DNA of 64,000 nt. Origin: Vicinamibacteraceae bacterium. GTDB lineage: Bacteria > Acidobacteriota > Thermoanaerobaculia > Multivoradales > Multivoraceae. The DNA is taken from contig JAAXHG010000062.1 of assembly GCA_012270995.1 (NCBI GenBank), positions 25,881 through 89,880 on the forward strand, read 5' to 3'. The position numbers and the translations under genes were made by a program. The notes under the pieces are model-generated. The model made no database searches and had not been told where the DNA came from. It worked only from the letters and a program-made list of their open reading frames with translations. Positions 27,085 to 39,051 of the stretch are shown one piece after another (position 1 is the stretch's first letter; each line of letters opens with the position of its first letter).

Positions 27085-30000
27085 ATGGGACAGTTTAGGC
27101 CAGTCGAAGCGGCCGCCGCCCCGCGAGTGCTCACGGCACTCTTTTCTCGCCTGCCCGTCGCAGCTCTCGCGGGCGTGTTTCTCGCCGTAGCCGCCCCGCC
27201 CGCGCTCGAAGCCGCCGCCGAGCCGGCGCCCGCCGTCGACTTCCAGCGCGACGTCCGGCCGATCCTCTCCGACAATTGCTTCGCCTGCCACGGTCCCGAC
27301 GAGGCGACTCGCGAAGCCGATCTGAGGCTCGATACGCGGGACGGCGCGTTCAGTGCGCGGCCTCCGGCGGGCCGGAGCAACCGACCGCGCGGTCCGGCGG
27401 TCGTTGCGGGCGACGTCGACGCCAGTCTGCTGGTGGAGCGCATCAACCACGCGGACCCGCTGCGGCGGATGCCGCCCGAGGTGTCGCAGAAGTCACTCTC
27501 CGACGAGCAGATCGGGACCCTTACCCGCTGGATCGAGCAGGGCGCGCCCTGGGACGAGCACTGGTCCTTCGCCGCCATCGAACGGCCGGCGCCGCCGACG
27601 GTCGACGACGAAGCCTGGGCCCGCGATCCGCTCGACCGCTTCATCCTGGCGCGTCTCGAAGCGGAGGAGCTCACGCCCGCCGAGGAGGCCGACCGCCGCA
27701 CCCTGGCCCGGCGCGTCGCCCTCGACCTGACCGGCCTGCCGCCCGACCCGGGCACGCTCGCGACCTTCCTCGACGACACGGAAGAAGGCGCCTACGAGCG
27801 GCTCGTCGACCGTCTCCTCGCCTCGCCGCACTGGGGCGAGCACCGCGCCCGCTACTGGCTGGACGCGGCCCGCTACGGCGATACCCACGGCATCCACATC
27901 GACAACTACCGCGAGATGTACGCCTACCGGGACTGGGTGATCAAGGCGTTCAACCGGAACCAGCCGTTCGACGAGTTCACGGTCGACCAGATCGCCGGCG
28001 ACCTGCTCCCGGATCCGACCCTCGACCAGTTGATCGCCACCGGCCTTCAGCGCAACAACATCACGACGAACGAGGGCGGCGCCGTCATCGAGGAGTACGA
28101 GGCGGTCTACGCCAAGGACCGGGCCGAGACGGTCGGCAGCGTCTTCATGGGGCTGACCGTCGGCTGCGCGACCTGCCACGACCACAAGTTCGACCCGATC
28201 AGCCAGCGGGAGTTCTACGCGCTGACCGCGTTCTTCCGGAACACGACGCAGTACGTGATGGACGGGAACATCTCCGACCCGCCGCCGACCCTGGTCGTGC
28301 CGCGGGACGAGGACCGCGATAGCTGGTACCGCCTGCGCGAGGAGGTCGGCGAGATCGAGGACGCGATGGCGGAACGCCCGGACGCGATGGAGGCGGCGTT
28401 CGAGGAGTGGCTCGGCACCGGTGCCCACCAGTCCATCGAAGCTCCGCTGGGGACGGCCTCCGAGCTCCTCCGGCTCGACCTCGACGGCGAGGAGCCGGCC
28501 GCGATCCTGAAGGGCGAACGGCAGCCGCTCCCTTCGTCGGAGGGGATCCGCATCGAACCCGGCCCGAACGACCTGCCGGCGGTGCTCTTCGACGGAGAGT
28601 CCTGGGTCGAACTGCCGACCCTCGAACTCGACACGGAGTCGCCGTTCTCCCTGGCCCTCTGGGTCCGCATGCCGGAAGCCGAGGGCACCTACACGATCGC
28701 GAGCCAGTACGACCCGACCGACGGCAACCGCGGCTGGGCGATGACCTTGGCTGCGCGGGAGCTTTACTTCGGCCTCTACGGCGACCGCGCGGGACCCGGC
28801 CGGGGCGTCACCAGCATCCTGATCAACCCGAACAACACGCAGCGGCTCACTCCCGGCGAGTGGACCCACATCGTCGCGACCTACGACGGATCGGGCGAGC
28901 GCGGCGGCATGCACATCTACCGTGACGGCGGTCGCGTTCCCGAGCAGGGCAGCGAGTACTTCAGGAAGGTCGAGGGTCGCATCCGCACCGACCGGCCGTT
29001 CTACCTCGGGCGGGGCGACGTGAGGGGCGACGGCAAGCCGCGGACGCTGGCCGGCGGCGCCGTCGCCGACCTTCGCGTCTTCGACCGCGTCCTGTCCGTC
29101 GAGGAAGCGAAGGTCGTCTCCGAGTGGAACGCGCTCCGGGCGGCGGCCGCCAAGCCGGCGGCGGAACTCGACGCCCCCGAACGCGAGGCGTTGCGGCGCT
29201 CCTACCTCAAGACACACGACGAGGAGTGGCGTCGGCTCGCCTCCCGCCGGCTCGAGATCGAAGCCGAGTGGCGGGAGCTCCGCCGCCGGGGCACGATCAC
29301 TCACATCATGCAGGAACTCCCGGACAGCGAACCGGCCGCCCACGTTCTCTATCGGGGCAACTACGACCAGCCGCGCGAGCGGGTGACCGCGAGAACGCCC
29401 GCCGCCCTGCCGCCGATACCGGAGGACCTACCCCGCAATCGACTCGGCCTGGCTCACTGGCTGATCGACGAGACGAACCCCCTGATGGCGCGGGTCACCG
29501 TCAACCGCTTCTGGCAGCAGGTCTTCGGCACCGGGCTCGTCACCACGAGCGAGGACTTCGGCGCCCAGGGAGACGTGCCGTCGCACCCTGAACTGCTCGA
29601 CTACCTGGCGACGGAGTTCCGGGAATCCGGCTGGGACGTCAAGGGCTTCTTCCGACGCCTGGTGACCTCGTCGACCTACCGGCAGGCAGCCACCCTGACG
29701 CCGGACAAGCTGGAGCAGGATCCCGACAACCGCCTGCTGTCGCGCGGCCCCCGCTTCCGCATGGACGCGGAGATGGTCCGCGACACGGCGCTCGCCGCCA
29801 GCGGCCTGCTAGTGCGCACGATCGGCGGCCCGAGCGTCAAGCCGTACCAGCCCGAAGGGCACTGGGAACGCGTGGCGATGAACTCGAGCAACACGTCCCG
29901 CTACCAGCGGGATTCGGGAGACAAGCTCTACCGGCGTAGCCTCTACACCTTCTGGAAGCGCGCCGCGCCGCCGCCGTCGATGACGATCTTCGACGCCGGC

Positions 30001-30384
30001 AACCGCGAGCACTCGATGGTCCGCCGGGAGCGCACGAACACGCCGCTCCAGGCGCTGGTCACCATGAACGACACGCAGTTCGTCGAGGCGTCGCGCTTCC
30101 TCGCCCAGCGAGCGATGCGCGAAGCCGGCGACGACTTCGACCGCCGCCTCGACTACCTCACGACTCGACTCCTGGCCAGGGACTTCAACGACTCGGAGCG
30201 GGCGGTAGCGCGACGGACGTATGACGGCCTGATCGACCTCTACGGCACGGACGAGGCGGCGGCCAGGCAGCTCGTCGACGTCGGCGAGTCGGCCCACGAC
30301 GCCGGCCTGCCCATGTCCGAGTCCGCGGCCTGGACGATGATGGCGAGCCAGTTGATGAACCTGGACGAGTCCCTGAACAAGTAG
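27085..30384 (+). CDS. PSD1-type large protein: PSCyt1 (planctomycete cytochrome c-like) + DUF1549 + LamG-like + DUF1553
   Basis: Start [12 protein letters not shown] is signal-like. [21 protein letters not shown] (PSCyt1). DUF1549 block [36 protein letters not shown]. LamG-like [22 protein letters not shown]1553 C-terminus. Confidence 0.7.
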   Translation: MGQFRPVEAAAAPRVLTALFSRLPVAALAGVFLAVAAPPALEAAAEPAPAVDFQRDVRPILSDNCFACHGPDEATREADLRLDTRDGAFSARPPAGRSNRPRGPAVVAGDVDASLLVERINHADPLRRMPPEVSQKSLSDEQIGTLTRWIEQGAPWDEHWSFAAIERPAPPTVDDEAWARDPLDRFILARLEAEELTPAEEADRRTLARRVALDLTGLPPDPGTLATFLDDTEEGAYERLVDRLLASPHWGEHRARYWLDAARYGDTHGIHIDNYREMYAYRDWVIKAFNRNQPFDEFTVDQIAGDLLPDPTLDQLIATGLQRNNITTNEGGAVIEEYEAVYAKDRAETVGSVFMGLTVGCATCHDHKFDPISQREFYALTAFFRNTTQYVMDGNISDPPPTLVVPRDEDRDSWYRLREEVGEIEDAMAERPDAMEAAFEEWLGTGAHQSIEAPLGTASELLRLDLDGEEPAAILKGERQPLPSSEGIRIEPGPNDLPAVLFDGESWVELPTLELDTESPFSLALWVRMPEAEGTYTIASQYDPTDGNRGWAMTLAARELYFGLYGDRAGPGRGVTSILINPNNTQRLTPGEWTHIVATYDGSGERGGMHIYRDGGRVPEQGSEYFRKVEGRIRTDRPFYLGRGDVRGDGKPRTLAGGAVADLRVFDRVLSVEEAKVVSEWNALRAAAAKPAAELDAPEREALRRSYLKTHDEEWRRLASRRLEIEAEWRELRRRGTITHIMQELPDSEPAAHVLYRGNYDQPRERVTARTPAALPPIPEDLPRNRLGLAHWLIDETNPLMARVTVNRFWQQVFGTGLVTTSEDFGAQGDVPSHPELLDYLATEFRESGWDVKGFFRRLVTSSTYRQAATLTPDKLEQDPDNRLLSRGPRFRMDAEMVRDTALAASGLLVRTIGGPSVKPYQPEGHWERVAMNSSNTSRYQRDSGDKLYRRSLYTFWKRAAPPPSMTIFDAGNREHSMVRRERTNTPLQALVTMNDTQFVEASRFLAQRAMREAGDDFDRRLDYLTTRLLARDFNDSERAVARRTYDGLIDLYGTDEAAARQLVDVGESAHDAGLPMSESAAWTMMASQLMNLDESLNK

Positions 30385-30398
30385 CCGGAGGACCTGGG

Positions 30399-31865
30399 AT
30401 GGACCCATTCAAGGAAACCGTTCGAGCCGAGACCAGGCGTCAGTTCTTCGGCACCGCCGCGCGCGGCATCGGCGGCCTGGCGCTGGCCAGCCTGATGGCG
30501 GACGACCTCTTCGCCCTTCCCGTCGCCCGCGACCGCTTCGGCGGCCTGCCGGATCTGCCGCACTTCGCGCCGAAGGCAAAGCAGTGCATCTACCTCCACA
30601 TGATGGGCGCACCGCCGCAGATGGACCTGCTCGACTACAAGCCGAAGATGAAGGAGTACTTCGACAAGGACCTGCCCGGCTCGATCCGGCAGGGGCAGCG
30701 GTTGACGACGATGACCTCCGGGCAGTCGCGCTTCCCGATCGCCCCGTCCGTCTTCGAGTTCTCACAGCACGGCGGGAACGGCGCCTGGTTCTCCGAGCTG
30801 CTGCCCCATACCGCGAGCATGGCGGACGACATCGCGATCATCCGCTCGATGCACACCGACGCGATCAACCACGAGCCGGGCATCACCTTCATCCAGACCG
30901 GACAGCAGATTCCGGGCCGGCCATGCATCGGATCCTGGTTCGCCTACGGCCTCGGCAGCATGAACGAGGATCTCCCGACCTTCGTCGTGATGAACGCGGA
31001 GCGCAGCCACCCGGCGGCGGGCCTCCAGGCCATCTCGGCGAAGCTCTGGAGCGCCGGTTTCCTGTCACCGGAGTACGCCGGCGTCGGCCTCCAGACAGGA
31101 GACGAACCCGTGCTCTACCTCAAGGATCCGCACGGCGTCTCGCCCGACGTCCGGCGGCGAGTGCTCGATGGGCTAAGCGAACTGAACCGGCTGCGCCATG
31201 CACAGGTCGGCGATCCGGAAACCCTGGCTCGCATCGAGCAGTACGAGATGGCGTTTCGCATGCAGTCCTCGGTGCCCGAGATGGCCGATCTGGCGAGCGA
31301 ACCCGAGAGCACCTGGGAACGCTGGGGCGAGGAGGCACGGCAGCCGGGCAAGTTCCAGAACGCCGCCCTGATGGCGCGGCGCCTGGTCGAGCGCGGGGTG
31401 CGGTTCGTGCAGATCTACCACCGGGGGTGGGACGTCCACTCCATCCTGCCGACGGTGCTGCCGGCGCAGGCGCGCGACGTCGACGGGGCCGCCTGGGCCC
31501 TGATCCAGGATCTGAAGGAGCGCGGTCTGTTCGACGAGACCCTGGTCATCTGGGGCGGCGAGTTCGGACGGACGATCTACTCCCAGGGGGCCCTGACCGC
31601 GGACAACTACGGTCGCGACCACCATCCCCGCTGCTTCACCATCTGGATGGCCGGCGGCGGCGTGAAGGGTGGGGTCGTCCACGGAGAAACGGACGACTTC
31701 TCGTACAACATCGTCAAGGATCCGGTACACGTCCACGACCTGCAGGCCACGGTGCTGCACCTGTTCGGCATCGACCACGAACGGTTCACGTACCGGCACC
31801 AGGGCCTCGACGCCCGGCTGACCGGCGTCGAGAAGGCGCGGGTGGTCAGGGAAGTCCTCACCTAG
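30399..31865 (+). CDS. DUF1501 family protein (sulfatase-like), TAT-exported
   Basis: Twin-arginine motif TRRQFFGTAARGIGGLALASL. Conserved DUF1501 blocks (IYLHMMGAPPQMDLLDYKP, GRDHHP). 14 nt after the PSD1 gene. Confidence 0.75.
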   Translation: MDPFKETVRAETRRQFFGTAARGIGGLALASLMADDLFALPVARDRFGGLPDLPHFAPKAKQCIYLHMMGAPPQMDLLDYKPKMKEYFDKDLPGSIRQGQRLTTMTSGQSRFPIAPSVFEFSQHGGNGAWFSELLPHTASMADDIAIIRSMHTDAINHEPGITFIQTGQQIPGRPCIGSWFAYGLGSMNEDLPTFVVMNAERSHPAAGLQAISAKLWSAGFLSPEYAGVGLQTGDEPVLYLKDPHGVSPDVRRRVLDGLSELNRLRHAQVGDPETLARIEQYEMAFRMQSSVPEMADLASEPESTWERWGEEARQPGKFQNAALMARRLVERGVRFVQIYHRGWDVHSILPTVLPAQARDVDGAAWALIQDLKERGLFDETLVIWGGEFGRTIYSQGALTADNYGRDHHPRCFTIWMAGGGVKGGVVHGETDDFSYNIVKDPVHVHDLQATVLHLFGIDHERFTYRHQGLDARLTGVEKARVVREVLT

Positions 31866-33147
31866 GACCCGCCGGCGTAGCGCCGGCTGATTGCCGCCTG
31901 CCGTGCCGCCACGATCCGCGCGCGTTCCGCGGGAGAGACCCTCACCGTTTCGGGCGGCAGGTATCGATCCAGTTCGTCCAGCTTGACGACGCGGGCGTTG
32001 ATGCCGGTCGGGTACTCGCTGCAGTACGTCCACCGCGCGCAGAGGGACCCCTCGGCCCAGCCGGCGGTGTCCAGCCAGTTCTGTACGCCCGGATCCCGGC
32101 CGCTGATGACGTAGCGCACCCGGCCGTCGGCGTCCGCGTGGGCGGTGCGGTGATTCAGGCTCGACTGGTGGCTGGCGTAGTCGAGCGACTCCATCCACGG
32201 ATGGCGAGCTGGATGTTCGTGTACCGGCAGTCGGCGACCGGCACGTCCACGAGCAGGGCTTCATCTTCCTCCAGCCGGAAGTAGCCCCGGGCGCCCGCCT
32301 GGAAGGCGTCGGCCATCGCCAGATTCGGGTCGGACTCGGCGGGTTCTTCCACCGTGTTGGGCCGCAGCCTGAGCTGAAACGTGATCCGATGCGCGAGCGT
32401 GAGGAGCTCTCGCAGGGAGCGGGTCTGCGTCACGGCGTCATCGAGCGCCCGGGCAACCGATTCCGGCGTGGGGCGGGGCGCGCCAGTTCCCAGCGTGGTC
32501 AGATTGAGAATCTCCCACAGGCCTTCGTCGGTCTTCTCCCAATCGGAAACCAGGCGTCGTACGACGACGATGTGCGCGTCCGGTTCCAGCTTAAGCCAGT
32601 CGCCTTCGGCCCGCACGGCACTAAGCGTCAGGACGAAGTCTCCGTTCTCGTCGACGTCGAGATCGTCGGAGGCGATGCTCGAGACCGTGCGGATCTTCCT
32701 CACCGGCGTATGGCCGAGCATGCCGCTGTACACATTGATCGTGACGAGGTCGAAATTGGTCGTGTTGCCACGCAACCGGTAGACGTGATCGCCCCGCACG
32801 GCAAACACGAGATAGGGATTGTCCGGATTGTCCCAACCGATGCGGGCGACGCCGTTGGGGAAGCGCGAGAACTGCGGGTAGTCCGGGTCCCGCAGGTCGG
32901 TGTACTCGGCCAGGAAGGTCGAGAGATAGCGGGCGATGTGCCGGTATCCCGCGGCTGCGGTCTGTTCGTCGCGATTGAACGGCGCGCTCTCGATGGCACG
33001 GCCGAGGTCCGCGACCTCCTCGGCAAACCGGCTCCACGCGGCGTTCACTTCCTCCTGCTCCTCCGTCTGGGGATTGAAGAAGAACGCGAAGTACAGCGCC
33101 AGCACGATGACGGCGAGCGCCGCCAGGGAGTAGAGAAGGATCTTCAT
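31862..33147 (-). pseudogene. DUF1254/DUF1214 family gene interrupted by a frameshift (330-aa N-terminal ORF + 110-aa C-terminal ORF overlapping around 32155-32194)
   Basis: ORFs complement 32155..33147 and 31862..32194 are in different frames and overlap by 40 nt. Together they match the ~440-aa DUF1254+DUF1214 architecture. N-terminal TM/signal MKILLYSLAALAVIVLALYFAFFF. Confidence 0.5.
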
Positions 33148-33291
33148 GGCTGGTTCTCACGGTTGAGGCACATGCGGCCATGCTGCTGGATGGCGCGGTC
33201 GGACGCAATCGAGGAACGACTGGGTACGCCCCCGGCGCTACCATGACCACCGTGGAGGCCCCCAAGGACCGCCGGGCAGCACCCGTTCACG

Positions 33292-33810
33292 ATGGCGCCG
33301 CTCGGGGTCTGGCTGCGGCTGATCGCGGACAACGGCGGCGTGCCGCCGCGATACTGGGGCAAGCTGGCGAAGGTGCTCGCGGTCAGTGTCCTGATGACTC
33401 AGTTGCGGGTCGCCGAGCGCCTCCGCTACGGCCCGTCCAGGATGGCGCGAATCGCCATCGACGAGGCGCCGCTGTACGTCGACTCCTACGCCGCGATGAT
33501 GAGGCAGTACATGAGGGACCGGGAGTCGATCCCGGAAGGACACCTGGCCGAAGTGCGCTTCGAGGATCTCGAACGAGCGCCCATGGCGGAACTCGAGCGT
33601 CTCTACGACGAGCTGGCGCTGCCGGGCTGGGAGCGGGCCCGCAAGCCGATCAGCGACTACCTGGCGACCTTGTCGGGCTACCGCAAGAACACCTATCGGA
33701 TCGACCCGGAGACGATCGACGTAGTCGACCGGAACTGGGGATTCGCCGTGGAGGCCTGGGGTTACCGGCCGCCGAAGCAACGACCAGGAGGAGAGGAGTC
33801 GAACTCATGA
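33292..33810 (+). CDS. Sulfotransferase-like C-terminal domain protein (lacks N-terminal PAPS 5'-PSB loop)
   Basis: HLAEVRFEDLERAPMAELERLYDELALPGWE resembles the sulfotransferase vrYEDLv.dPe...ri.efLgl block. No PKSGTT motif upstream in any frame. Confidence 0.3.
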   Translation: MAPLGVWLRLIADNGGVPPRYWGKLAKVLAVSVLMTQLRVAERLRYGPSRMARIAIDEAPLYVDSYAAMMRQYMRDRESIPEGHLAEVRFEDLERAPMAELERLYDELALPGWERARKPISDYLATLSGYRKNTYRIDPETIDVVDRNWGFAVEAWGYRPPKQRPGGEESNS

Positions 33811-33983
33811 TTCGAGCTGAAGAACGCAACGACATCGCGCCGCTGTGCCCCCACTGCGAGCATCCCGTGAGTATCTACTTCCGGGAGATCTCGGGAATCC
33901 TGGGCAAGCGCTACCTCTACTTCTGCGCCCTGTGCAAGAAGGTGCTCGGCGTCTCGCACCGCAAGGGCTTCTTCATGGGGTAG
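33807..33983 (+). CDS. Small zinc-ribbon protein (CxxC-x24-CxxC), translationally coupled
   Basis: MIRAEERNDIAPLCPHCEHPVSIYFREISGILGKRYLYFCALCKKVLG. ATGA overlap with the preceding gene. GGAGGAGAGGAG RBS. Confidence 0.4.
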   Translation: MIRAEERNDIAPLCPHCEHPVSIYFREISGILGKRYLYFCALCKKVLGVSHRKGFFMG

Positions 33984-33994
33984 AACCGCCCGCC

Positions 33995-35247
33995 TCAGTC
34001 GATACGGAGCCGGTCGAACTCATCCCAGGCGGACATGTCAGACAGAACGACCTGATCGCCCGGAACCAATCCGTCCAGCACCTCGATCGTGTTGGCGGAG
34101 CTTCTGCCCAGGAACACACGCGTTCGGGTAGCGCCGTTTCCTTCGCCGTCCAGTCGGAAGAGACCGACCTCGCTCTCTTCCTGGCCGACGACGGGCCGGC
34201 CGACGAAGACCACATCCTCCAGCCGGTCGAGTTCGATCGTGCCGGCCACGGTCAGGTCCGGCCGGGCGCCGCGCGGCAGGTCGCCTTCCAGTGCAACGTC
34301 GACGGTCACCGTCCCCTCTTCGACCGCCGGATCGATCCTGACCACCCTGCCGGGGACGACGCCGTTTCGCGTGTCGACCGCGGCGACTTGCCCGATCTGA
34401 ACGTCCTTCGCCTGGGTTTCGGCGATTCGCAGTTCGGCCTTCAGCGCGGTCGGGTCTCCGACGCGGGCCAGACTCGTGCCCGCGGAAACGCGCTGCCCCT
34501 CCTCGACCGGCACCTGCTGGAGGACGCCGTACATGCCGGCGCGGACCCGCAGGGCCGCGACCTGATCGAGCCTGAGTTGCCAGATCGCGCGTAGACGATC
34601 CACTTCCGCCTGCTCGACCGCGAGCTTGGCCGCCTTCGTCGTTTCCGCGATGCCGAGGCGCTCCTCCTCCAGGGCGAAGCGCGTTTCATGTTCCCGCTTC
34701 GACGCCTGCGCCCGCTGGAGTTCGATCGCCGAAGCCAGACCGTCCTTCGCCAGCTCGGCGTCGGCGTCCGCCTCGAGCCGGGCCACGACCAGTGCAGCCT
34801 CCACGCTGGCGAGCCCCGCCTTCTGCATCAGCAGCTCGCTCTCAAGTTCGACCTTCCGGTTCTCGTAGCGGGCCTCGGCGGCGCGCAGGTTGAGCTCCGC
34901 TTCCCTGGCCTGGTGCTCAAGTTCCGGGTTGCTCAGTTCGACGATCACCGAGTCCGGCGTCACTTCGGCGCCGGGGTCGATCGCGATCCTCTCGACGGTG
35001 CCTTCCGTCGAGGCCGGAATCCACCGGATGTTCTCCGGTACCAGCGTTCCCCGCCCCCGGACTTCCCGCACCATCGGGCCCCGTCGCACCGTGTCGATGT
35101 AGAGATCGTCGCGGTCGACGCGCGGCGCCGACGGCTGCACCTGCTGCAGACCGAGCGTGACCAGTACGAGCAGGAAGCCCCCGAGGGAGTAGTACGTCAC
35201 CCGGCGAACCTTCTTCTTCCGCGCCAGGTCCGGTCTCGCGACGTCCA

Positions 35248-35248
<1 letters not shown>
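33995..35248 (-). CDS. HlyD/MacA family periplasmic adaptor (membrane fusion protein)
   Basis: N-terminal TM. Long coiled-coil (EARYENRKVELESELLMQKAGL...). Beta-barrel/MPD C-terminus. 1-nt overlap with the upstream ABC ATPase. Confidence 0.75.
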
Positions 35249-35919
<671 letters not shown>

Positions 35920-35961
35920 GGTGTAGACAATCTACGTCACATGGAGTAGCTTGTCTACATC

Positions 35962-36303
35962 ATGACGCCAGCAAGTCCCCGCAACCAGCTTCTCTACGGA
36001 ACCCTGGACCTGCTCATCCTGCGCACGCTCGTCTACGGCCCGGCACATGGCCACGCGATCGCCGGGCACATCCAGCGCGTGTCGGAAGACGCGCTCCGCA
36101 TCGAGACCGGCTCGCTGTATCCGGCGCTGCACCGGCTGGAAGCGCGCGGCTGGATCGCGGCGAAGTGGAAGACCTCCGACAAGGGCAAGCGCGCCAGGTA
36201 CTACCGGCTCACCCGAACCGGGCGCCGGCAGCTCGTCGTCGAGCAGTCGCGGTGGCAGCAACTCTCGGTTGCCGTGACCAGGGTGCTGCGTCCGGCGGAC
36301 TGA
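35962..36303 (+). CDS. PadR family transcriptional regulator
   Basis: LDLLILRTLVYGPAHGHAIAGHIQ...SLYPALHRLEARGWIAAKW is the canonical PadR wHTH. Confidence 0.8.
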   Translation: MTPASPRNQLLYGTLDLLILRTLVYGPAHGHAIAGHIQRVSEDALRIETGSLYPALHRLEARGWIAAKWKTSDKGKRARYYRLTRTGRRQLVVEQSRWQQLSVAVTRVLRPAD

Positions 36304-36316
36304 GCCCTGAGACCAG

Positions 36317-39037
36317 GTGATGCTGCGGCAGGCTCTACACCGCTTTCGATGTCTGTGGGACCGGCGACGCAAGGACGCCGAACTCGACGAGGAAATCCGC
36401 TTCCATCTCGCCGCAGAAGCGGAGGAACGGATCGACGCGAGCCTGGCTCCCGAACGGGCGCGCGCCGAGGCACAGCGGGACTTCGGCAACGTCCTGCTGA
36501 CTCGCGAACTGACCCGCGAGGCCTGGGGGTGGGCACCGGCGGAGCGCCTTCTCAGGGACATCGCCTCGGCATTCCGGATGATGCGACGCAATGCCGGCTA
36601 CACCTGCGCTGTCGTTCTCACCCTGGCACTCGGCATTGGACTCAACGCCCCGATGTACGAGATGCTGTCGAGGCTTTTCCTTCAGCCGCCACCTCACATC
36701 GAGGACCCGGACGCCGTTCATCGCGTCTGGCTGAGCGAGCGCGACGACTCGGACGATCGCGGAGTCTTCACTGGCCCGGCCTCTGCATGGGATCGGATGC
36801 AGTGGCTCGAATTCAGCGCACTGAGCGCCGACAGCGCGCCCACCGGCGCGGTCGCGGGCTACACGGCACGCCGGTTCATGCCGAACGGACGGGGTCAGAC
36901 CGCCGAGAACCTCAGCGTCTCCTGGGTCACGGGAGCGTTCCTGGATCTCCTGGGAGTAGAGCCCACGATCGGCCGGCTGATCGGCCCGGAGGACGACGAC
37001 CCGGCGGCGGCACCCGTCGCCGTCGTCAGCGACGGCTACCGGCGGGAGAGGTTCGCCAGCCCGCAGGAAGCACTCGGCGCGACACTAGAATTCGACGACG
37101 TCACGTACGTCGTAGTCGGCGTGCTGCCCCCCGGCTTCTCCGGACCGGATCCGGGCGGGGTCGATGTCTGGCTACCTTTGAAACCGGCGGTAACGGCCTT
37201 GCGCGGGGACCGCTGGCGAAACTTCGGAAGTGGCTTCTATCTGACGCCATTGGCCCGGCTTCCGCGCGGTCTGACCCTCGACGCGGCCGGCGCAGCGGCG
37301 ACCGCCGCGGTCCGCGCGGCACGCGCCGACTCGCCCTTCGGGGACTCGCTCGACCCCGAAGCGACCGTCGTGCTGGGTTCCATCCTCAGGACCAGGGGTC
37401 CCTCCTCGCCGTCCGGCGAGATTCGCCTTGCACTGGTGGTAGGCGGCGTCACGCTGCTGGTGCTACTCATTGCGGCCGTCAACATGTCGAACCTTCTGTT
37501 GGTGCGAGTGGCGGCGCGCCGCCGCGAACTGGCGGTGCGCTACGCGCTCGGTGCCGGCAGATGGGGAGTCGGACGCCTGCTGGCGATAGAGAGTCTCGTG
37601 CTCGCCACGGTCTCCGGCGCCGTGGCGCTGGCCGTAGCAGGGGTAGCGGGCCGCACCCTGCGCCTCACCCTGCTGCCAGGACATCAGGGGACCGTGGACG
37701 CGCTGAACTTCACGGCTGTCGGCTTCACGGGGTTAGCCGTGCTTGCGGTCGGCCTCGGCGCGGCCATTGCGCCCGCCGTGTACGCGGCGCGGAGCCGGCA
37801 GATCGAGAGGCTGGACAGCTCGCGAGGCGCCAGCGCACTCGGTACGCCGGTCCGCACCGGCCTGATCGTCGTTCAGGTCGCGCTATCGCTGGTGCTGCTC
37901 TGCGGAACCGCCGTCTTCTACCGCTCGTTCGAGGCGGCGCGTCAGGTGGACGTCGGCTACGCGAAGGAGAACCTGATCACGGTGGACCTGGCGGGCTTTC
38001 GGCGCACCGGGCCGCTCGATGAAGCCGCGATCGACGCCCTGGAGTCCCGCCTCCAGTCACTACCGGACGTCCTCGATGTCGCCCAGGGAACGAACTCACC
38101 GATGTGGGGGCAGGCCGCGATGCCGCCACCACGGGTCGAAGGGCTGGACCGCCTACCGTTCAACGAAGGTCCCTACGTAAGCCTCACGACGTCCAACTTC
38201 TTCCGCGTCGCCGGCCTGGCGATTCTGGAAGGTCGCGGCTTTACCGAGTGGGATCGCGCCGAGACCCAGAAGGTCGCGGTCGTGGACACGACGTTCGCCG
38301 ACGGCATCTGGCCCGGCAGGAGCGCCGTGGGCCAGTGTCTCTTCTTCGGCCAGGCGTCCACGGACTGCACCACGGTCGTCGGCGTCGTGGAATCCGCCCT
38401 CGACAGGGGCCTACTGGACGCCGACCGCGCCGCCGTCTACTACCTGCCCATCTCCCAGGCTTCGTCGAATCCCATTCAGGCCGGCTTCGTGAAGAACATG
38501 CGCACGGTGGTCGTGCGGACTCGCGGGAACACAGCGCGCGCGGTGCAGCCAACCCTCCTCGCACTGGCGGACTTGTTCCCCGACCTCCCGCGCGACAATG
38601 TGCGGAGCCTCCAAACTGTCTTCGCGCCGCGGATCCGTACATGGACCATCGGTACGGGGCTGTTCGGCGCCTCCGCCGCCCTGGCGGTGCTGCTCGCCGC
38701 CATCGGGCTCTATGCGGTCATCGCCTTCGGGGTACGCCAACGCGAACTGGAGTTCGGCATCCGTCGCGCCCTTGGCGCCAGGGCGTCTCGCCTCCTGCGC
38801 ATGGTGCTGACCCGTGGCTTCTCCCTGGCGGCGGCCGGCGTCGTAGCCGGCACGCTCGCCGCGCTGTGGGCGGGCAGGTTCATCGAGCCGCTGCTCTTCG
38901 ACGACCGGACTCCCCGCGACCCGCTCGCGTTCGCCGTCGCCGCGCTGGTGCTCCTGACCATCGCGGTAGCGGCCTCCTTGCTGCCGGCCCGCCGGGCCTC
39001 TCGCGCCGACCCTCGTCAGGCGTTGGAGGCTGAGTAG
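36317..39037 (+). CDS. ADOP-family (acidobacterial duplicated orphan permease) FtsX/MacB-like ABC permease, copy 1
   Basis: 906 aa. N-terminal DAELDEEIRFHL...RDFGNV. Two FtsX-like 4-TM modules, each preceded by a large extracytoplasmic domain. Follows PadR by 14 nt. Confidence 0.75.
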   Translation: MMLRQALHRFRCLWDRRRKDAELDEEIRFHLAAEAEERIDASLAPERARAEAQRDFGNVLLTRELTREAWGWAPAERLLRDIASAFRMMRRNAGYTCAVVLTLALGIGLNAPMYEMLSRLFLQPPPHIEDPDAVHRVWLSERDDSDDRGVFTGPASAWDRMQWLEFSALSADSAPTGAVAGYTARRFMPNGRGQTAENLSVSWVTGAFLDLLGVEPTIGRLIGPEDDDPAAAPVAVVSDGYRRERFASPQEALGATLEFDDVTYVVVGVLPPGFSGPDPGGVDVWLPLKPAVTALRGDRWRNFGSGFYLTPLARLPRGLTLDAAGAAATAAVRAARADSPFGDSLDPEATVVLGSILRTRGPSSPSGEIRLALVVGGVTLLVLLIAAVNMSNLLLVRVAARRRELAVRYALGAGRWGVGRLLAIESLVLATVSGAVALAVAGVAGRTLRLTLLPGHQGTVDALNFTAVGFTGLAVLAVGLGAAIAPAVYAARSRQIERLDSSRGASALGTPVRTGLIVVQVALSLVLLCGTAVFYRSFEAARQVDVGYAKENLITVDLAGFRRTGPLDEAAIDALESRLQSLPDVLDVAQGTNSPMWGQAAMPPPRVEGLDRLPFNEGPYVSLTTSNFFRVAGLAILEGRGFTEWDRAETQKVAVVDTTFADGIWPGRSAVGQCLFFGQASTDCTTVVGVVESALDRGLLDADRAAVYYLPISQASSNPIQAGFVKNMRTVVVRTRGNTARAVQPTLLALADLFPDLPRDNVRSLQTVFAPRIRTWTIGTGLFGASAALAVLLAAIGLYAVIAFGVRQRELEFGIRRALGARASRLLRMVLTRGFSLAAAGVVAGTLAALWAGRFIEPLLFDDRTPRDPLAFAVAALVLLTIAVAASLLPARRASRADPRQALEAE

Positions 39038-39051
39038 CACCACCTAACCGG

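Noticed and set aside
33180-33291. Possible N-terminal extension of the sulfotransferase-like gene in another frame (track ORF 33180..33983)
   Set aside because: The upstream frame translates to an Arg/Ala/Gly-rich peptide without a PAPS-binding PKSGTT motif. It begins inside the divergent promoter region and is treated as non-coding.
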